DNA of 64,000 bases from Octopus vulgaris (taxonomy: Eukaryota): assembly GCA_951406725.2 (NCBI GenBank), contig OX597814.1, positions 212,908,001 through 212,972,000 on the forward strand, in the 5' to 3' direction. The first letter of the stretch is position 1. Each line of letters begins with the position of its first letter. The translations under genes were made by a program, and so were the position numbers. Below are positions 55,493 to 64,000 of this stretch, one piece after another. A model generated the notes under the pieces. It was not told the origin of the DNA, searched no databases, and saw only the letters and a program-made list of their open reading frames with translations.

Positions 55493-57705
55493 TGTATGTA
55501 TGTATGTATGTATGTATGTATGTATGTATTATGTATGTATGTATGTGTGTATGTATGTTCACATGTGTGTGCGTGCGTGTAATTATATGTTTTCTAAAAT
55601 ATATTCTACTCTCCGTACATATATATATGTTAATGAGTTTTTTAGCGTGCGTTATAATCTGCTGCAATAGTTAATCCCAATCTATGTGATCAACAATTTG
55701 AACCGCCTTATATCGTCACGCCTGATTCTGTTCCTTATGGCTTTCTAACGTTCAACGTTATACAAATCCCAGTAGTAATTCATGTTAGTCATCTACTACT
55801 TTATCTTTCAAGACAAAGGCATCTGTGTGTAATAAATGTATATATTTTTTGTGAATATTCAAATTTTTTAAGTGAACATATTTTGAGCCTTGAGATATAT
55901 GATTACTTTCTTTATTCTTATATTTTTCAATTAGAAAGTCATTTTATTCCTTCATAATAAATTTGTAACTCACTCCCATTATTTTTAAATTAATGTAAAC
56001 GTTTAATTAGATTAAATGAATTCCTATTTAAAGTATATTTTTTTTAATATAAATTCTATTATAGTCATTATTTGTTTGTTCAAATTCAATAATTATATCT
56101 ATCATTTACTTGATTTACTTCATTGAAATACTTAATTTGTAATTAGTCATCACTGAACAATTCATCTTCTCTTATGAATTAAATCCATGATGCATTAAAA
56201 ATAATTCTTGTTATGTATTTATTCGTTATATATCGTTTTTGTCTCTATGATTTGGTATATTTACTCCTCTTAATTTCCATAAACAAATAGCCATATCGTG
56301 TATCTATTTATCTCCGAAACTTTGTACCTCGCTGGCTATCTAACAATTTTGATTCATTAAAATGTTTACATAAGCAAATGGAAAACAATGATCAAAACCA
56401 AATCCGCTTGAACAATATAGTTCTCTGATTGTCAAAGAAGAAACCATTTTTGAACTTAATTACATCTTTCTTGTACATTATTGAAGCATAGCAAACACAT
56501 CCAATTACCCAAGCTTGAATTGAGAGACGCTTTTATGAATCTTAAAATGTGACCAATCATTCTGCCAATAAGTTTGTATTCTTTATTTTCAATGCTCTAT
56601 TTGGGCTATGCTACAATTTCAATATTCAAAAGAAAAATAATCGCCCGCTCAACTCGAGCGTAATTAACAGCTAACGTATGATAACTGCCTTCATACTCTA
56701 AGAAGATATATAATGAATCACATAACCAGCATCATTTGAATTATATCGGCAACAATAGACTTCAGAAAGAGGATATCAATTATGCCACCGGGTTTTGTGT
56801 TTTATTATATCTTAAATACTTTCGGGTGAAAACGTTACCTTGTTAGAATATGCTTCCCGTTTCCTGTGTACGCTAACAACGTTTGGAAATTCTTGATGAC
56901 ATAAGACTTTGTTAAATATTAAATATTTCACCTGGTTTTTCAATTTTGCCAGAATCGTCTTAGATTATCATTATTAATAGCTCCTTTGACTTATTATTAT
57001 ATCTCACAAACCGCAAATCTAGATGGGAAGGTGATTCATTAAAGCCAACCGCTCCTTTTTCTTGATACGTTAGATTAACGACTGCAATGAAGTCGCGCTG
57101 AAAAGCTGCAGATAAATTTTTGCTCAAGCAACATATCTAGTATGGAACACCTCTCCCATGGAAATGCTTAATAAAATGCGAAAGAATCTAATGATTAATT
57201 TAACATAATGGATTTCTTCACATAGGGATTGCAGCATCTCGAATTATGTGATCACGATCCTCCTAAATGGAACTCGTAAATCCATAAAAATTAATAGATA
57301 CAAAGAGTCTTTGACAGAGCGAAAGAATACACATTTCAAAAGGATAAAAATAAATAGCGAAGACACATCGCCTTCGTGCAAACGTAATACAAATGATAAA
57401 AGTACACCACCTAAAGAATATAAAGATTGCTTACAAATGTGCATAACGTTCATTTTTAATATCATATCCATACATGACAGCTCCTAGCGTTTTTAGGCTT
57501 TTAGCATCTTTAACTTTCATTTACAATTTGGGTTTAACTTATTATATTCAGGTGTATTCAGGAATAATGATAAAACACAAATTCGTTCTTCATGCTACTA
57601 ATGCTTCTGTTATTGCACATCGTGTTATATCTCATCTGCCAAACCAAGAGTGTTATACTCAATGACTATATGTCAAGAATACTCACCACACGGAAAAGGA
57701 TTAAC

Positions 57706-57746
<41 letters not shown>

Positions 57747-57780
57747 GTGTACATATAAATATACATATACATATATATAT

Positions 57781-57970
57781 ATCAAAATAAGCAACAAGGA
57801 TATCCAGAGGTAATGCAGTACGATCGCTTCATGCAACTCCATTTAATTGAACAATGCATATCCTGGTTGCTTCTTTTGATTTTAATCACCTTACTAATTG
57901 TATGGCTAATACCGTACTAAGTTCTGGTGCCTCAACTTAAGTACCATATTCATCTGAATCTAAATGTTTG

Positions 57971-57971
<1 letters not shown>
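57781..57971 (+). mobile_element. short fold-back insertion between (TA)n tracts
   Basis: atcaaaataagcaacaaggatat (57781-57803) is inverted at 57858-57880. Confidence 0.55.
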
Positions 57972-58007
<36 letters not shown>

Positions 58008-60894
58008 CATATACATATTGATGATAGTTTATCCTAGTGTGGTGGTATTCGGCCACTACGTCTGAGACATCTTTATGAAGGCCATTGCGGAATGAAACAA
58101 ATTTAATGCGCTTACACCAATGTATTCTCTTGAAATTACATGCTTCTTTTGTAAATGAAGATAAAATGAAAGACTAATTTAAAAAGACACGTTCATTTAT
58201 TTCCTTTTCTGCAGTACATACTTTTTTTTAACAGAGATAAAAATTCACAAACACAGCAAGTTATTTTGAATCTCCATTCGTTTTCAAATTACTCCATAAC
58301 ACAGATATTAACAACGTTATCAATAACGAAGATGTTATAAACATCAATACAAAGGCTTCAGCAAATAGTAACCTTTTACAGAAATATATCGGAACTTAAA
58401 AGTAATTCATATCAAACAGTAGATTAACGTTACATTATATAATTATATGTATATTAAAGAAGACAAGTTGCTTTAACGTGATGTAAGTAACCTGACAACG
58501 TCAGACCTACATTAATGTCTATTAATATCCTTAGGAGTGCCGGTGATTAATCTTTCTTTCCAACAGAATAATAAAATATTAGATTCTCCGGACAGGAAAT
58601 CTGTGTAATTTACCAAAATCCTCTGTCAAATGTAATCTCATAGTTCAAAGAGTTTGATCATAATACGCTGCTAATATGTTTATAGCCACACCAATACTGA
58701 AGTCAATTTCTACATCTTTTACAACACAGAAATACAGTTCAATGAGATATTACATCTTTCAAATAAATCGTGTTATTGCTTCATGTTTTCTGCTGTATTT
58801 TATAAAAAACATAAATTTTGCGAAATGGAAAACACTAAATAATATAATTATACTTCTGTAAATATTGTCTTTATCTACGTGTAAACACAGTCACAAACAT
58901 ACCGTTCAGAAAAGACATACCCATATACACATAAACAAATATACACGTTTGCATATATATATATATATATATATACAAACAAACACACACATATATACAT
59001 ATACATATGCAAACTCAAGCACGCATACATATATATATATACATACATACATACACACATACATACGTACATATGTTATGTGTGTGGGGGGTGAGTGTGT
59101 CTGTATGTGAGAGTGTGTGGGTGTGTGTGTGTGTATCAATGTATGTATAGTGCGTTTACATGAGAGAGAGAGAGACTGAGAAAGCGAGATTTACATATAT
59201 ATATTTAGAAAAATAATCTAAAATATATATTGAGCCAAGCTCTGAGAAATTTTTGGTGTTCTAACGTCTAGAAGGAATTGAAAGTCTACTTAGACACTGC
59301 TTTTTCTTCAAAAATGTAGAATCCGAGTTGGTGTGGGAACCTAAATCACAAGTGTGAAGATTAAGTGAATATCCAATAAAACAAAAACCACTTTCGTATG
59401 CTTATCAGATTTCTCACACTCTCCAAAGATTAAGATGATGTTCATGGATGAACATGAGAAGGGAACCATAATTCATTTTACTCGCGCAGAAAGGAAACCA
59501 AAAGGATTTTTCAACAATACAGATCAATGCTCAATATGTGAGGATAAGGCGGTGAGGAAGCAGAATCGTTATCACGCCGAGCAAGATGCTCAGTTATGTT
59601 TCATCTGTGTTTATGGTCAACATTTTTGTAGTCAATAAAATAATTACCAGTTGAGCTCCGAGAGTCGATATGAGCACTTATCTCCTCTTCCGAACGTACT
59701 GGCCTTGGGCAAAAGTTCGAAGCCAATAATATGTGAAAATAAAAATAATCCTTCCCTTTGATGCAGGATATTTTTAGCGAGTTTCATCTTGCTTTTCAAT
59801 TAACAAAAACTTTGTACTATTGTTTCTTTAATCTCGCTGTGCTCCCAACGAAAGCTATACTGTTGAGTATTCTTTAATGTTCGTTGGTCAGAATTTTGAT
59901 GGACGGACATAGAATAATGATGGCAGAATATTGTTATAGTCTCTACATAGCACACATCGCACAGGTCTTTCACTGAAGTTTATCAAGGTCTTGATAAAGA
60001 CTGCAAAGAAAGACAACTTTACTGGACTAGCGACATCCAACCTGTCGCAATTATTGGTAACATATTACTTTCATTGATTAATTTCAAGTATGTGTCAATA
60101 TAGATTCGAGGGAATCCCAATCCTATTTATTAAAGATTAAAAGTTACAGGCTAAACAAGTCTCACAATTTCCACAGTCTGGAATAATTTGCTGCACAGAC
60201 CACCTGTGTGTGGTCTTTGCGGTTATATCTCATCCAGAGATATTATACGGAAGAGTTATGCCTGAAAGGCCAAACAGTATAATGAATGATCTACATCTTC
60301 GACGTTATATTATCCCTCGCTCAATGACTCTCGGCAGAGGGAAAGTATATTTTCTTGTTGAATAATTAGGCGTGTTTTGTTAGATTCACGTTCGTCTCTC
60401 AAACGAATCTGTTGGAGCGCATGCGTGTGATGTGGCTGCTATACTTGTAGCTTCTTTACTTCAAATACAGCTTTATAAAGCTGTATCAATAAAATAGAGT
60501 ACCAACCGACTAATGTCGACTCTGGTATCATGATATCGGCTAATACGATTCACTTAATTTTCAAGTGTTGCAGGCTGGTACAATCGCTAAAAGATGGTGA
60601 GAAAACCAGTAATTTTCGTAGAAGAGTTTTGCTGCGATGTCAGTAATGGAATGATCTTGGAGAGATGGGAAACAAAGTTCAGTTTGTAAGGAATTGTTTC
60701 AGAATGTAAGGAACCGTATCAAAATGCCGCTCTAATGATATTGCTTTTCTTCTGCTCTTAACATATTTACTAATTTATGCACTAAGACAATAATTTTGAA
60801 AGCAGGATGGTGTGGTGAGGAAAGCAGGATGGTGAGGATGTTATGGAGTTTTTATGTATATTCTGTTATTTCCACAAAAATTTCCACAAATATA

Positions 60895-61956
60895 GCATGA
60901 ATGGATGGCGTTTATTTATTGACTCTTCAAAAGTAAGCTTTTCCTTCTGTTCCTCTGACCCATGCAGCTAACATGAAGCAAACATGAGAATATGAAGCCT
61001 CTGTTGCAAACAATTAAGTATGAGGAACATAAGTGGAATATCTGTAGTGATCTAAATGTTGTGGCACTTTTACTTGGCACACAGCTGGGTTATACCAAGT
61101 TTTGTTGCTTCCTCTGTGCGTGGAACAGTCGGGATAAGAAAAATCATTATGAAAATAATGTGTGGCCGAAATGATCTCTGACTCTTGGACTGAAGAATGT
61201 CATCAATCCTTGCCTTGTTGATTCTGAACAAAATTATCTGCATCCTTTGCATATTAAGCTAGGGTTGAAGAGGAATTTTGTTAAAGGTATGGATAGAACT
61301 GGCTAGGGATTCACGTATTTGAAAACTAAATTTCCAAGAGTAAGTGACGCAAAACTCAAGGAAGGAATTTTTGTTGCGCCACATATTAGGGAGCTGATGA
61401 GAGTCCAAAAGTTTGATGAAGAGTTCAACGATGTTGCAAAAACTGCGTGGCTGTCATTTGAGGAAGTTTGCAGAGAGTTTTGGGGATTCAGAGAGAAGAA
61501 ATCTCTTCTGTCATTGTGAAAGAGCAACTGACAACAGAAAGGCCTTGGGATGCAATATGAGCCTGAAAATTCGCTTCTTGAACTCTCGCTTGGACATTTT
61601 CCCTGCAAATCTTGGGACTGTCAGTGACGAGTACGGCGAAAGGTTTCAGCAGGACGTCCTGAACAGGGAAAGTGGATCTCTACTATGTTGGCCACTAAAA
61701 AGGGGCGTTCCAGAAGCTAAATGTAGTCGAAAATCACACGCTTCTACGTTTTACAAGTAGGTTTCCTTGTAATATCAGTCTGGATTTTGAATTCATGAAA
61801 TAAAATTGTGTAACAATTTACGTATATCATCACAGAAAAACTACGACTTATAGAAAAAATTTGAAAATACACTTGAATTCTACAGATAAAATGCTATTAA
61901 TTGCACCTACTATTGTTTATGGAACAGAATATTTCACTAATTCTGTTGACCAATTA
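60895..61956 (+). mobile_element. decayed Chapaev3-like (CMC group) DNA transposase
   Basis: Motifs LFIDSSK, IKYEEHKWNICSDL..LLLG.QLGYTKFCCFLC.W.SR, PLHIKLG, LKEGIF and NLGTVSDEYGERFQQD, with stops and frameshifts. Superfamily assigned from memory. Confidence 0.75.
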
Positions 61957-62039
61957 TAATTGTCAGTCTTATTTCTGCATTAATATGCTATATTTATTGT
62001 ATAATTTAATTTCCCTGTCTTATAAAAACCACATCTTAT

Positions 62040-62590
62040 ATAAACATTCTAAAACAGTTGAAATCTGCGTTAAGACCAATAGGCCCGATATAGTTGTCAG
62101 AGATCATTAAGAAAAAAATGCGTTCTAATTGATGCTTCAATAACAGCAGATGTCAATATTTCTCTGAAAGAAATCGAGAAACTTTCAAATTACAAAGACC
62201 TGGAAATAGAGTTAACTGGAATGTGGAATCTAAAAACAGAAACAATAGTAGTAACAATATCACATTAGATAAAGCAAACGAAGTAAGAGAATTAGACCAA
62301 AGTCAGACGTACAAATACGTAGGAATCAATGAACAAGATACTGTGCAATACATACAAATGAAAGAGAAGATAAGAAAGGAATACTATAGACAAATTAGAT
62401 TAATACTTTAAACGGAGTTCAATGCGAAAAGCAAAATAATAGGTATCAAAAATCTAGCCTTCCCAATTATAAGTTACATCTACAATATTCCTAATTGGAG
62501 TTTAAATGACCTAACGAAACTAGGTAAACGAAACTAGAAGGGAAAACAAGCAAAATAATGACCGAATTGAAGATGCTCCATTCAAGAACA
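62040..62590 (+). mobile_element. R4/Dong-like LINE fragments
   Basis: RLE motif NRPDIVVRDH..LID..EKLSNYKDLEIE, then the post-RT motif YKYVGI..MKEKIRKEYYRQIRLIL. Confidence 0.8.
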
Positions 62591-63578
62591 TAGAAATAAA
62601 ATTGTATGTTGGTACTTAATCTCTGATCGTAACAATGACGTAATTCAGTATTGAAAGTTCACTTGATTTTCATTTTGAAACGCATGTCAACGGAAATAAA
62701 GAAAGATTTGCAAAATAAATTGGTCCATTTCTTTTATAACATCTCCACTATATTTAAGATGTAACTGTATTGGTAAATCTTTGGCTTGTAGAAGCCGTCA
62801 TAATTTGAATTTCTCTTAACTCCCTCATTATTCATGACCTTAGGCAAACCAGATGAAAATCATTGCTAATATGAGTTGTATCCTCAAATTGTGAATAAAT
62901 GGACTCTGGTATTCACAGCAACCTATACCGAAGAATTAATAGAAGGAAGTTTTCCGACAGTTAATTAAGTTTTAATGTTTTCTTTGCTGTCCTTAGCGGA
63001 GTTGAAGATGTTCTTGACAGATACAGCTTCCTCATATCTGACAGTAAACAAGAGGTACTCACGATATATGTGGATATAATGACATGTTAAGGGGATTCAC
63101 TTTCAGATACATTCATGCACATAATGTCATAGCAAAGAAAGTAGCAAAGTAGACGTCAATAATATTTAGCAAACGCTAAAACCATGATCAATCATATCTA
63201 GGAACAAATTATTGAAGATAATTAAATATTAACTCAACCATCACGATTACAGTTAAACGGAAGCTGAGAAATAAGTGTAATTTTCAAGGCTCAAATGTAT
63301 CTTTCCTAAGATTGTGCTGCAGCTTCATTTCCGTTGAAATAAGCAAGATGTGTATTAGCGCAGCTCTGTATTAAACGTTATCAATGATAAGTGGAAACGT
63401 AAGCGCCTCAAATACATACATTTGTAAGACTCACACATTGACGCATGAGGCATTAGATAGTTCATCCGAGAGGATAACTTTCAAGGAGTATTTTGCGGCC
63501 AACAAGGCAATTAACTCCACAGGTTGCCAAAGATCATGGTGTGTTACAATGTACTAAGTGTATATGTCATTACGCTTC

Positions 63579-63629
<51 letters not shown>

Positions 63630-64000
63630 ACAATTACTCATGCACACAGACAAACACACAAACACATACACGCACATATATTTATATATATAATTGTATA
63701 TATTTATCTCCGGAGCATTTTATCAATAACAACTCAGGTAATGGTTTATTATACGCCTTTGAATAATTATTAGGTAATTAGTTAAGTAACTAACCTCTTA
63801 ATACCCGAGTGTTTGATTAATCGTTTGATCAATCAGTCGTATCTCACATCAAAAATAACCACGAATGACAAGGGTACTTAACTGATGCGATTAGGAATGT
63901 TATCGAAATGAACCTGACAAATCAAATCATTGACTGATTGATCGTTATATTAAACCAATGTTTACATAACTGGTCAGTTCCAACTTCGTAGTGGTATGCA

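Noticed and set aside
59435-59638. Cys-rich ORF resembling a piggyBac C-terminal domain
   Set aside because: Cys spacing is incomplete and no TTAA or TIR was found.

Overview
This is AT-rich, microsatellite-dense eukaryotic DNA. The SINE and repeat content suggests an octopus (coleoid cephalopod) genome, which is an inference. I found no intact host protein-coding gene: nearly all listed ORFs are translations of (TA)n/(CA)n/(GATA)n tracts, SINEs or decayed transposons. The window holds about 17 tRNA-derived SINE copies from 3-4 families, two non-autonomous Helitrons, and remnants of Penelope-like (PLE), CR1-like, Tx1/L1-like and R4/Dong-like retrotransposons. It also holds a Chapaev3-like transposase remnant and a frameshifted Myb/SANT-like pseudogene. 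The main signal is about a dozen minimal type I hammerhead ribozyme motifs, found by eye, in at least five unrelated PLE-type tails or non-coding fold-back insertions. Most of these sit in (TA)n tracts. The motifs carry non-canonical but structurally compatible cores: the 3-8 tertiary pair occurs as C-G, G-C and U-A, and C replaces U4 in three separate families. Most have palindromic stem III sequences, suggesting dimeric cleavage. Nothing was tested computationally or experimentally.
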